Shown here: positions 5,356 through 14,228 of the stretch, piece by piece
Position numbering within the stretch: position 1 is the first letter of the stretch
Layout: the number at the start of each line of letters is the position of its first letter
NCBI GenBank assembly: GCA_964541815.1
Contig: CAZIRI010000003.1
Coordinates: 156 to 64,155 of the forward strand
Origin: an uncultured Lachnospiraceae bacterium
Lineage (GTDB): Bacteria; Bacillota; Clostridia; Christensenellales; UBA1242
Reading direction: 5' to 3'
Length of the DNA: 64,000 bases
The notes under the pieces: model-generated
The model's database searches: none
Seen by the model: only the letters and a program-made list of their open reading frames with translations
Told to the model about the DNA's origin: nothing
Translations under genes and position numbers: made by a program

Positions 5356-8300
5356 TTGAGAGAGCGTGTTTGTAAAAATTGTGGAGGAAGACGGTATGTT
5401 GTGGTTGGGCAGAACATGGTTAAATGCCAGTTTTGCGGAACTCTCTATGTCGACGAACACGCCTCAAAAGAAGAAGAATATTTGACTGTCGGTGCTTATG
5501 AGAAACTTCGAGAATTGAAATTTGACGAGGCGATTGAAGCATTTGACAAAATTATAAATCTCTATCCAATGTCATTCAATGCCTATTATGGAAGAATGCA
5601 AGCAAGAAACAAAATGGTTTTCTATCCAAACAAAAGCGGAAATGGAAGAAAGGCGAGATTTTTTGGAAAGATTATTCCATCAATTTTGGAAGATGAAGAC
5701 TATAAACTTGCGGTGCAATATGCTCCTGGTGATATCGCAAAAACTTATGAAGAGAATGCGAAAAAAATTGAAAAAGCATACACAGTTTTGTCGCAAGGGA
5801 TTCCCGAAGACAAAACAGATGTTTTTGTTTGTGCATTAAACTACACAAAGGACTCTCCAAACAGCAAAATCGACAGTGCAGTTGCGAAATTGAGAGAAGA
5901 AAATTTGTCAGTCTTTTTCTTGCAAGAATTGCAAGGGAAACTTCTTGAATGCAAGATATTCACGGCACTTAAACATGCAAAAACTTTTGTTTTGTTTGCA
6001 AATTCAAAAGTCAAGGTGACCGACCCTGAATATGTGCATTTGTTTGACAGATACAACTATTTCACACAGCAAAAAGAAAAAAGTCAAACAAGTTTTGTTG
6101 TTGTGATTGACGACAGGGTTTATGCTGATAAGTCAAATTTTCCTGACGACTTTTTGACGAATAAAACAATTGTAGATTTCAATTCAGTGACATTTGAGGG
6201 TGATTTTGTTTCGGTTGTAAAGACGGAAATTGCAAACACTCTTGAATTGTCAAAAAAATTGCAAACTGTTGATGTTGAGACAATTAAGGCGGAAAAGAAG
6301 CAAATTGTTGATGTTGAAACAGTCAACACGGTGAAACTTGGAAACTACAAAATTGACAATGTTGCACCAAATTATGAGAACAAAATAAAATGGATTTCAT
6401 TGGCGTTGCAAAATGGAGATTTTGTTTCCGCACAAGAAGCGATTGATGAAGAATTGGAAAAAAATCCAAACAATGCCGAAGTTTTGTTTGCTCAATTTAT
6501 GTGTGACAGTCGCAGTAGAACGGCTGGGGAATTTTTTTCAAGTATTGACCATTTTGCTGACAAGGAGAGATTGCAAAATATTTTGCAACTTGCATCTAAA
6601 AATTTTGCGGAAATGATTGTTGACAACTTGGAAAGATTGATTCAAAACATTGATGATGTGGGATGCTACAATGAATATGCGCTCTTTGTTGCACAGTATG
6701 AATCACCAAATCGAGCGGAGTTTGTTTCAAAACTTGCGGACAAGGCTGTTGAAACTTTGGATGCAGGATTGATTGAAAAGACGGAAAAATGTTTCCATAA
6801 AGATGAAATTGACAAGTTTTTGGATTTTTACAATCGATTGGCGGACAAAACGGGTGATGATTCTTATCACCAAAAGGTTTTGGCTCTTGACGTAGGAAAT
6901 ATTGAAAGCAATTTGGCGATGATTTTGGCAAAAATGAAGACTGTTGATGAAAAATTGACTTATCGAAATGCCGAAGAAATTGAAAGCGTTCTTCAATATT
7001 TAAGCGAAGAAGAAAGGTCTCAAATTATTATTCCAGTTTTGGGAGAAATTTTGTCTGTCGCCTTTTTTGACATTCGAAAAACTGAGGAGCAACTTGACTT
7101 TTATTTGTCCTACATTTCAGAAACAAGTCAGTTGGTGTCCGTGTTGTCAACGGTTGGACAAAAGTTGAATGAAATGGGTTTTTACACGCAGGCGGAAAGA
7201 TACTTGGCAAATGCGATTGAAAAAGACAAGCAAAATGCAAAACTTTATTGGCTTCTCATTCAAAACAAAATTCATTGTTCGAATGAAAATGAGATGATAT
7301 CTTCTGGTGTGAAAATTTCAAAAATGCCAGAGTGGGAAAGTGTTCTTGCCTATGCGGATGACAAAGAGTCTGAAAAATATGCGCTTGTTGTGAGCAAAGC
7401 AAACAGCAACACAAATTTTCCAAAACCTCAAAGATTTGAAACTTTGGACAAAATTATGTTGAAAGAAAAATTGGGTTTGTTTTTGGAGAGAAATTCAAAA
7501 ATTTTGCTTGAAGCACAAAAAGTTCACGGAAATATAAAGGGGGTGAATTACTACAAATCGCAAATCAGACCTTTTGAAGTTTTTTTTGAACAAATTGCAA
7601 AAGCAAATGATTTTGACGCATATATCAAAATTGTCAACAAGATATATGAAAGACTTCGATTGATGCATTTGACACTTGAAGCGTCAATCAGTGCATTGCA
7701 AATTGATGAAAAGTCAAACGGCTTAAAGGCTGTGAGAATGGCATCAAGAAGTTATTCTTTGACGGAAGAAGAACAAAAGAAAGCGGAAGAATTGCAAAAA
7801 AGCAAGATTGCAACACGAAAGTTTTTGTATGGATTTTTGGAAATTGCACCTGTCGCACTCACACTTCTACTGCTCATTTTGTCACTTGCCTCACCAAAAC
7901 TTGTGTTTGACTATTTCAATCAAACATTTTTGCTTGTTTTGAGTGTATATAGTGGAGTTGTTGCTGTTGGAAATTTGCTTTTTTATATATTTAAGAAGAA
8001 AAACTTGAATCCAAAGTGGAAAATCGCCGAAAAGTTTTTGATTACTCTTACATTTGTGAATTTGATTTTGTTCGTTTGTTCATTTTTCATTTTTCCATCA
8101 AAAATCACTGTGTCAAATGAAAAAGATTTGAAGAGATATGTTTCAAATGCGCAATATTCAAACATTGTTCTTGACAGTGATATCGAACTCTCAAACGAAT
8201 GGACGGCTCGCAAATTTTATGGAATTTTTGACGGAAATGGACACACAATTTCAAATATCAATATCAAATCTGGTGAAGATATAGCATTTTTTGAAGAAAA

Positions 8301-9177
8301 TAGCGGGACAATCAAATCTTTGACGCTTGTTTATGTGGAAAAGTCGTATAAAAATGTGGACAACTTTGCTGGGGTCGCTGTCACAAATTATGGAATTATC
8401 ACGAATTGTAAAATTTCTTGTGGTGGAACAATTTCAATTTCAACAAACGAAAATGCAATCATTGGCGGAATTTGTTCAGTCATGAAAAAAGGCTCAATCA
8501 CTTCTTGTGAGGTGAACGATTTTAATCTCAACATTTCATCAAATGGGAATGCTGTTGTTGGCGGACTTGTCGGAAAAACTGACATTGAAGACGATTTGAC
8601 GGTGGTAAAAAACAACTATGACTCGACTATGACCCTCGTGCTTGACGATGCAAAGGCTGTTTATGCTGGTGGAATTGTTGGGCAGAGTGACAGAAGCAAA
8701 CTTGACAACTTTAATTTGTCAAGAAATCATGCGGGAGTTTGGATTTCTTTGAAAGGCACAGCAAGCAAAATTTGTGTTGGCGGGCTTGTTGGCGAGGGTG
8801 GCTGTGAAAGTGAAAACAACTACACCACTGGAACGATTAAGTCGGAGGTTGTCGTTGACTCTGCAACAAAAATGTATGTTGGCGGGCTTTATGGCACTGC
8901 CAACACAACATCTCTTGATTTGTATGCAATAAAGACAAGTTATTCATCTGTCACAGTTGATTTGAAATCGTCTGACAGCATTGTTTATGGGGCATTGATG
9001 GGCAGTCTTAAAGATATGCAAGTGACAAACTGTTTCTCAACTGCAGACAGTGAAATTTACAACAACAACGGCAGTGGAGAAACTCTTGGGAATGCAAACA
9101 AATTCAATGCTTTTGATGGGGCGATATTCAGCAAATTTGATGAAAAAATTTGGAATAGCAACAAAACTTTGAAGTGA
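5356..9177 (+). CDS. Multidomain membrane protein: cytosolic zinc ribbon, TPR-like repeats (possibly a TIR-like segment), 3 TM helices, extracellular GLUG-repeat beta-helix domain
   Basis: 1,273 aa with a TTG start 3 nt after the ATPase stop. Zinc ribbon: CKNCGG...CQFCG. There are three copies of a TPR-like motif ending AYYGRM, VLFAQFMC or LYWLLIQNK. TM helices lie at ~7815-8100. The C-terminal part reads FYGIFDGNGHTISNINI followed by repeated (V/A/I)GG(L/I)(V/C/Y)G motifs, typical of GLUG domains. Confidence 0.7.
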   Translation: MRERVCKNCGGRRYVVVGQNMVKCQFCGTLYVDEHASKEEEYLTVGAYEKLRELKFDEAIEAFDKIINLYPMSFNAYYGRMQARNKMVFYPNKSGNGRKARFFGKIIPSILEDEDYKLAVQYAPGDIAKTYEENAKKIEKAYTVLSQGIPEDKTDVFVCALNYTKDSPNSKIDSAVAKLREENLSVFFLQELQGKLLECKIFTALKHAKTFVLFANSKVKVTDPEYVHLFDRYNYFTQQKEKSQTSFVVVIDDRVYADKSNFPDDFLTNKTIVDFNSVTFEGDFVSVVKTEIANTLELSKKLQTVDVETIKAEKKQIVDVETVNTVKLGNYKIDNVAPNYENKIKWISLALQNGDFVSAQEAIDEELEKNPNNAEVLFAQFMCDSRSRTAGEFFSSIDHFADKERLQNILQLASKNFAEMIVDNLERLIQNIDDVGCYNEYALFVAQYESPNRAEFVSKLADKAVETLDAGLIEKTEKCFHKDEIDKFLDFYNRLADKTGDDSYHQKVLALDVGNIESNLAMILAKMKTVDEKLTYRNAEEIESVLQYLSEEERSQIIIPVLGEILSVAFFDIRKTEEQLDFYLSYISETSQLVSVLSTVGQKLNEMGFYTQAERYLANAIEKDKQNAKLYWLLIQNKIHCSNENEMISSGVKISKMPEWESVLAYADDKESEKYALVVSKANSNTNFPKPQRFETLDKIMLKEKLGLFLERNSKILLEAQKVHGNIKGVNYYKSQIRPFEVFFEQIAKANDFDAYIKIVNKIYERLRLMHLTLEASISALQIDEKSNGLKAVRMASRSYSLTEEEQKKAEELQKSKIATRKFLYGFLEIAPVALTLLLLILSLASPKLVFDYFNQTFLLVLSVYSGVVAVGNLLFYIFKKKNLNPKWKIAEKFLITLTFVNLILFVCSFFIFPSKITVSNEKDLKRYVSNAQYSNIVLDSDIELSNEWTARKFYGIFDGNGHTISNINIKSGEDIAFFEENSGTIKSLTLVYVEKSYKNVDNFAGVAVTNYGIITNCKISCGGTISISTNENAIIGGICSVMKKGSITSCEVNDFNLNISSNGNAVVGGLVGKTDIEDDLTVVKNNYDSTMTLVLDDAKAVYAGGIVGQSDRSKLDNFNLSRNHAGVWISLKGTASKICVGGLVGEGGCESENNYTTGTIKSEVVVDSATKMYVGGLYGTANTTSLDLYAIKTSYSSVTVDLKSSDSIVYGALMGSLKDMQVTNCFSTADSEIYNNNGSGETLGNANKFNAFDGAIFSKFDEKIWNSNKTLK

Positions 9178-9215
9178 TTTTCACAATTTCCAAATTTATC
9201 TCATAACAATATTTT

Positions 9216-9257
9216 GAAAAGGAATTTTGCATTGTGTTGCAAATTTTCCTTTTTTAA
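9216..9257 (+). terminator. Intrinsic terminator ending the 7-gene operon
   Basis: gaaaaggaattttgca pairs with tgcaaattttcctttt around the loop ttgtgt, forming an imperfect stem with one mismatch/bulge. A T-run follows. Confidence 0.5.
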
Positions 9258-9329
9258 TTAAATTCATATAAAAAACGACAATAATTTGTGATTTTGTCGC
9301 ATATAAATGATTTTATTATGTTTTACTTG

Positions 9330-9380
9330 TTGACAATATGTGAAATGATGTGATATTATGATATATGTTGACAAGTCAAC
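9330..9380 (+). promoter_or_regulatory. Promoter of the ABC exporter operon with an adjacent perfect palindrome (candidate operator)
   Basis: TTGACA (9330-9335), then TGaTATTAT, an extended -10 (9351-9359). The palindrome GTTGAC-AA-GTCAAC lies at 9367-9380, around the expected transcription start. Confidence 0.5.
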
Positions 9381-9406
9381 TTTTTTGTGTTTATAAAAGG
9401 TGAAAA

Positions 9407-11143
9407 ATGTTTAAGTTATTCAAAAATTTGAAGAAAATTGATTATTTATTTTTGGCAATTTCCATTGCCCTTATTGTCTTGCAAGTCTATCTTGAATTGA
9501 CCTTGCCAGACTACACGGCAGTTATTGTGACAGAACTTACTTATCAAAATCCAAGTGTCAATGTCATTTTGGAAAATGGCGGATATATGCTTGCATGTGC
9601 ATTTGGCAGTTTGGCGAGTGCGATTTTGGTTGGACTTCTCATTGCACAAATTGCTTCACGGCTCGGATTCACTCTTCGTGGAAAAGTTTATGACAAAATT
9701 CAAAGTTTTTCTATGAATGAAATCAAAAGATTTTCAACGGCAAGTCTTATCACAAGAACGACAAATGATATAAGACAAGTTATGATGCTTGTTTCCATGG
9801 GAGCGCAAGCACTCATCAAAGCACCAATCATGGCAATTTGGGCGGTTGTGAAAATAGTTGGCAAGGGATGGCAATGGTCGCTTGCAACGGGAATTGTTTT
9901 GCTTGCAATGCTTCTCACAATTTTGATTGTGATGGCGCTTGTTATTCCAAAATTCAAAAAATTGCAAGCCATGATTGACAATCTAAACCGTGTCACTCGT
10001 GAAAATTTGACGGGTGTACGTGTTGTTAGAGCGTCAAATGCGGAAGACTTTGAAAAAGAAAAATTTGAAAAATGCAACGATGATTTGACGAAAACAAATT
10101 TGTTTGCAGGAAGAGTTTTGGGAGTGATGAGTCCAATTATGACACTTTTGATGTCGGGACTTGCGCTTTCGATATATTGGATAGGGGCCTATTTGATGAA
10201 ATCCGCTCCAAGTTCGGAAACCTATTCAAATATGTTGGTGTTCACACAATATGCAATGCAAGTTGTCATGTCATTTATCATGCTTGTCATCATCTTTATG
10301 TTGCTTCCAAGAGCGCTCGTTTCAGCAAAGAGAATAAACGAAGTTTTGGACACAAAAAATTCAATCCTTTCAGGGAATTTTGTAGATGAATTGCATGACG
10401 AAACTGCATCAGTTGTTTTTGAGAATGTTTCATTCAAGTATCCTGACGCTGAAAAGTATGTTTTGAAAAATGTAAGTTTTGAGGCAAAACAAGGAGAAAC
10501 AATCGCATTTATCGGTTCGACGGGAAGTGGAAAAAGCACACTTATCAACCTTATTCCAAGATTGTATGATGCAACCGAAGGAAGGATTTTGATTGATGGT
10601 GTTGATGTGAAAGAGTATGACACTGAAAATCTCAACAAAAAGATTGGATATATTCCGCAAAAAGGTGTTTTGTTTAGCGGGACGGTCAAAAGCAATGTGA
10701 ATTATGGCGACAACAACGCAGATGATGAAACAGTGAAAGAAGCAATCGAAATTGCACAGGCGACTGATTTTGTTGAAAAGATGCCAAGCGGAATTGACTC
10801 TGAAATTGCACAGGGCGGAACAAATGTTTCTGGTGGACAAAAACAAAGACTGTCCATTGCAAGAGCGGTTGCGAGAAAACCTGAAATATTTATTTTCGAT
10901 GACAGTTTTTCAGCGCTTGACTACAAAACGGACAAAAAGTTGCGCAGTGCATTGAAGAAAAAGACAAAAAATGTGACAAAATTTATTGTTGCTCAAAGAA
11001 TAGGAACGATAAAAGAGGCGGACAAAATCATTGTTCTTGACAATGGTGAAGTTGTTGGGATGGGGACTCATGACGAACTCTTGAAAAATTGCCCAGTTTA
11101 TCAAGAGATTGCTTTGTCACAGTTGTCAAAGGAGGAATTGTAA
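9407..11143 (+). CDS. ABC exporter permease/ATPase fusion, subunit 1 of a heterodimeric multidrug-type transporter
   Basis: 578 aa. N-terminal 6-TM domain. Walker A GSTGSGKST, signature VSGGQKQRLSIARA, Walker B IFIFDDSFSALD. Confidence 0.9.
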   Translation: MFKLFKNLKKIDYLFLAISIALIVLQVYLELTLPDYTAVIVTELTYQNPSVNVILENGGYMLACAFGSLASAILVGLLIAQIASRLGFTLRGKVYDKIQSFSMNEIKRFSTASLITRTTNDIRQVMMLVSMGAQALIKAPIMAIWAVVKIVGKGWQWSLATGIVLLAMLLTILIVMALVIPKFKKLQAMIDNLNRVTRENLTGVRVVRASNAEDFEKEKFEKCNDDLTKTNLFAGRVLGVMSPIMTLLMSGLALSIYWIGAYLMKSAPSSETYSNMLVFTQYAMQVVMSFIMLVIIFMLLPRALVSAKRINEVLDTKNSILSGNFVDELHDETASVVFENVSFKYPDAEKYVLKNVSFEAKQGETIAFIGSTGSGKSTLINLIPRLYDATEGRILIDGVDVKEYDTENLNKKIGYIPQKGVLFSGTVKSNVNYGDNNADDETVKEAIEIAQATDFVEKMPSGIDSEIAQGGTNVSGGQKQRLSIARAVARKPEIFIFDDSFSALDYKTDKKLRSALKKKTKNVTKFIVAQRIGTIKEADKIIVLDNGEVVGMGTHDELLKNCPVYQEIALSQLSKEEL

Positions 11144-11144
11144 A

Positions 11145-12929
11145 ATGCCAGGGCCAATGGGGAGAAAACCAGAAAAAATTGAAAAAGGAACATTCAAGAA
11201 GTCAATGGGCAAACTTCTTGTGTATTGCAAAAAATATTGGGGTGCCGTGATTGTGGCACTGCTGTGTGGGATTGTTGGTGCAATCGCACAAATTATTGGG
11301 CCAAACAAAATCAAAGACCTTGCAAATGAAATTATGAAAGCATTTTATGGGCAAATGAATATGGACACTGTGACGGGAATATGTGTGTTTTTGGTGGTTT
11401 TGTATATTTGCGGAGCGGTGTTTTCATATGCACAACAATTTGTTATGACAACTGTCACACAAAGAACAGTGAAGAGTTTAAGACGGGATATTTCAAGAAA
11501 AATAAACAGATTGCCACTCAATTATTTTGACAATCACAGATACGGAGATGTGTTGAGTCGTGTGACAAATGATGTTGACACGATTGGAGAAAGTCTTGGG
11601 GAAAGCATAGGCATTCTCATTTCAAATGTTGTTTTGTTTTTAGGTGTGCTTATAATGATGTTTGTCACACAACCCCTCATGGCACTCACTGTTGTTGTTG
11701 CGACAGTGATTGGGTTTGGAATTTCATCTATTTTCCTCACAAAATCTCAAAAATATTTCAATCAAACGCAAGAAAATTTGGGCGCAATAAATGCTCACAT
11801 CGAAGAAGTTTATTCGGGACATAATGTTGTTTCGCTTTTCAATGCAAAGAAGAAAGTGAAGCAAGAATTTGATATCGCAAACAAGAAGATATTTCAATCG
11901 GGCTGGAAATCACAATTTATTTCTGGAATTATGATGCCACTTATGGGGTTTGTTGGGAATTTTGGCTATGTTGCGGTGTGTGTTGTTGGGGCAATCCTTG
12001 TCACAAACAATCAAACTGACATTGGAACAATTGCTGCATTCATGATTTATGTGCGACTGTTCTCATCTCCATTGACTGAAATTGCACAATCAATGACAAG
12101 TCTTCAATCAGCGTCAGCATCGTGCAAGCGTGTGTTTGAATTTTTGGAAAATGAAGAAATGTCGGATGAGTCGCAAAAGACCACAAAACTTGAAAATGTG
12201 AAGGGAAATGTTGTTTTTGACCATGTCACTTTTGGATATAACAGCGACAAATTGATTATCAAAGATTTCTCCGCTGATATAAAAGCGGGGCAAAAAGTTG
12301 CAATTGTTGGGCCGACGGGTGCGGGAAAAACAACTCTTGTGAATTTGCTTATGAGATTTTATGAAGTCAATTCGGGCGACATAACAATCGATGGTGTGTC
12401 AATTCGAGATATAACAAGAGAAAATCTTCATTCGCTTTTTGGAATGGTTTTGCAAGACACTTGGCTTTTCCAAGGGACGATTAAAGAAAATTTGCGTTAT
12501 AACTCAAAAAATGTGAGTGATGAGCAGATTGTTGAGGTGTGCAAGTCGGTTGGGCTTGACCATTTCATACAAACTTTGCCACAGGGCTACGACACTGTGC
12601 TTGACGATTCATCGAGTGTTTCCGCTGGGCAAAAACAATTGTTCACAATTGCAAGAACGATGCTTGAAAACAGCCCAATGATAATTTTGGACGAAGCGAC
12701 AAGTTCCGTTGACACAAGAATGGAAATTCTTATTCAAAATGCGATGGACAAAGTTATGGAAAAACGAACATCATTTGTCATTGCTCATCGTTTGTCAACA
12801 ATCAAAAATGCGGATATAATTTTGGTGTTAAAAGACGGCGATATTGTTGAAAAAGGAAATCACGAAGAACTTTTGAAAAAGGGTGGTTTTTATGCAGAAT
12901 TATACAACAGTCAATTTGAAGAAGAATAA
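11145..12929 (+). CDS. ABC exporter permease/ATPase fusion, subunit 2
   Basis: I chose the ATG at 11145 (MPGPMGRKPE...), which follows SD AAGGAGGA (11129-11136) and lies 1 nt after the upstream stop. Walker A GPTGAGKTT, signature VSAGQKQLFTIART, Walker B MIILDEATSSVD. Confidence 0.9.
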   Translation: MPGPMGRKPEKIEKGTFKKSMGKLLVYCKKYWGAVIVALLCGIVGAIAQIIGPNKIKDLANEIMKAFYGQMNMDTVTGICVFLVVLYICGAVFSYAQQFVMTTVTQRTVKSLRRDISRKINRLPLNYFDNHRYGDVLSRVTNDVDTIGESLGESIGILISNVVLFLGVLIMMFVTQPLMALTVVVATVIGFGISSIFLTKSQKYFNQTQENLGAINAHIEEVYSGHNVVSLFNAKKKVKQEFDIANKKIFQSGWKSQFISGIMMPLMGFVGNFGYVAVCVVGAILVTNNQTDIGTIAAFMIYVRLFSSPLTEIAQSMTSLQSASASCKRVFEFLENEEMSDESQKTTKLENVKGNVVFDHVTFGYNSDKLIIKDFSADIKAGQKVAIVGPTGAGKTTLVNLLMRFYEVNSGDITIDGVSIRDITRENLHSLFGMVLQDTWLFQGTIKENLRYNSKNVSDEQIVEVCKSVGLDHFIQTLPQGYDTVLDDSSSVSAGQKQLFTIARTMLENSPMIILDEATSSVDTRMEILIQNAMDKVMEKRTSFVIAHRLSTIKNADIILVLKDGDIVEKGNHEELLKKGGFYAELYNSQFEEE

Positions 12930-12989
12930 TTTGTAAAAAATTTGAATAAAAAGAAAGGTGTTTTCACAACATAACATTGGAGGTGAATT

Positions 12990-13490
12990 GTGAGAATACT
13001 TTTCTTTTTTATGGGATTGCCAATGTTTTTGGTGCCATTTTTTCAAACTGTGGATATGTCACCATGTGAAAATTTTTGTCAGGTGATGTCGGGCGGAGAG
13101 GTTGTTGAAATTTCAAAAGAGCAGTGCAAAACTTTGAGTGAATATTTTTCTCAAATACTTGACAATGAAGATTTGCAAGTTGAAACGCAAGAAAATGTTG
13201 ATTTTGATGAAATTTTTTCAGGAAATTGTGTGAAATTTGCATTTTGTCACGTTCAAAATGTCGGAAATATTCTTTTTGATGATGTTGTTGCTGAAATTCC
13301 TCAAAATGGCGAAAATATTTGTTTGTATTTTGGCTCGCATGGAAAATTCAATGGCAATAAGGTTTGTTTAAGTGCTGAAAATGAGTCAGTTGAGACTTTC
13401 ATAAACTATGCAAATGGCTTGTTGAACACTGACAATGAAGATGATTTGAGTGATGAAAATTTGCAAACGGACGAAAGCGAAGTTGCATAA
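12990..13490 (+). CDS. Hypothetical protein with an acidic C-terminus
   Basis: 166-aa ORF with a GTG start after GGAGGTG. No family recognised. A terminator follows. Confidence 0.45.
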   Translation: MRILFFFMGLPMFLVPFFQTVDMSPCENFCQVMSGGEVVEISKEQCKTLSEYFSQILDNEDLQVETQENVDFDEIFSGNCVKFAFCHVQNVGNILFDDVVAEIPQNGENICLYFGSHGKFNGNKVCLSAENESVETFINYANGLLNTDNEDDLSDENLQTDESEVA

Positions 13491-13495
13491 ATTGA

Positions 13496-13525
13496 AAAAG
13501 ATGAAAATTTCATCTTTTTTGTTTT
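13496..13525 (+). terminator. Intrinsic terminator
   Basis: aaaagatgaaa pairs with tttcatctttt in a near-perfect palindrome, followed by TTTTGTTTT. Confidence 0.55.
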
Positions 13526-13555
13526 ATATAGACAATTTTGGCAAAAATTTGATGT

Positions 13556-14221
13556 GTGGACATCTTTTTGATTTGTTTTTTCTCAATTTTTGTCGCAAAT
13601 GGAATGATTCGTGGTGCATTTTCCACAATTTTCTCATTGCTAACTTTTGCAATTAGTGTGTTTTTTGCATGTGTTTTTTGCACTCAATTGTCAAACATTT
13701 TGATATCAATTCCATTTTTGTATGACGTTTGTTTGCAAGCGGTACAAAATGTTTTCAACTGTCTTTTTGGCGGATTTTATTCAACAATAAATCAATTTTT
13801 AAGCACTATTTTCTCATCATCAACCCCATTTTTTGGAAATTTGCGATCAATTTTAAGTGGTGTTGAGATTGACAAAAGTTTGTCGGCAGGAGAGATTTGT
13901 GGTGAAAAATTCACAGAAATATTTTTTCAAATTTCTGCATTTGTGATAATATTTCTTTGCTCAAAAATTTTAATGAAAATTATAATGCTTTTTTGTGATA
14001 ATTTTATTGAAAAAATGCACATTTCTTCAATCAATCGCATCTTGGGTGGTGCTTTGGGTGTGGTGAGAGCATGTTTTTTTGTCGCTGTCTTGTATGTTGT
14101 TTTGGAAATTTTTTCATGTCTAACAAATTGTGAAAGCGTTGTAAATTTTTTAACAAACAGTTATTTCTCAAACCTGATTTTTGATTTTGTTAGAATAAAA
14201 ATAATCGACCTAATTTTGTAG
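13556..14221 (+). CDS. cvpA: CvpA-family membrane protein
   Basis: 221 aa with a GTG start. Four or five TM helices. The N-terminus MDIFLICFFSIFVANGMIRGAFSTIFSLLTFAISVFFA fits the CvpA pattern (G-x-x-R-G-F/A...L...). Confidence 0.6.
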   Translation: MDIFLICFFSIFVANGMIRGAFSTIFSLLTFAISVFFACVFCTQLSNILISIPFLYDVCLQAVQNVFNCLFGGFYSTINQFLSTIFSSSTPFFGNLRSILSGVEIDKSLSAGEICGEKFTEIFFQISAFVIIFLCSKILMKIIMLFCDNFIEKMHISSINRILGGALGVVRACFFVAVLYVVLEIFSCLTNCESVVNFLTNSYFSNLIFDFVRIKIIDLIL

Positions 14222-14228
14222 GTCGATT
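14203..14228. terminator. Bidirectional hairpin shared by the 3' ends of convergent genes
   Basis: aatcgacct (14203-14211) pairs with aggtcgatt (14220-14228): a perfect 9 bp with an 8-nt loop. The stop codons of cvpA (14219-14221) and the divIC-like gene (14210-14212) both lie inside it. Confidence 0.45.

Noticed and set aside
11109-11144. Upstream start of the second ABC gene (MLCHSCQRRNCK...)
   Set aside because: That start lies inside the end of the first ABC gene. The ATG at 11145 has a strong SD and gives the usual N-terminus for this subunit.
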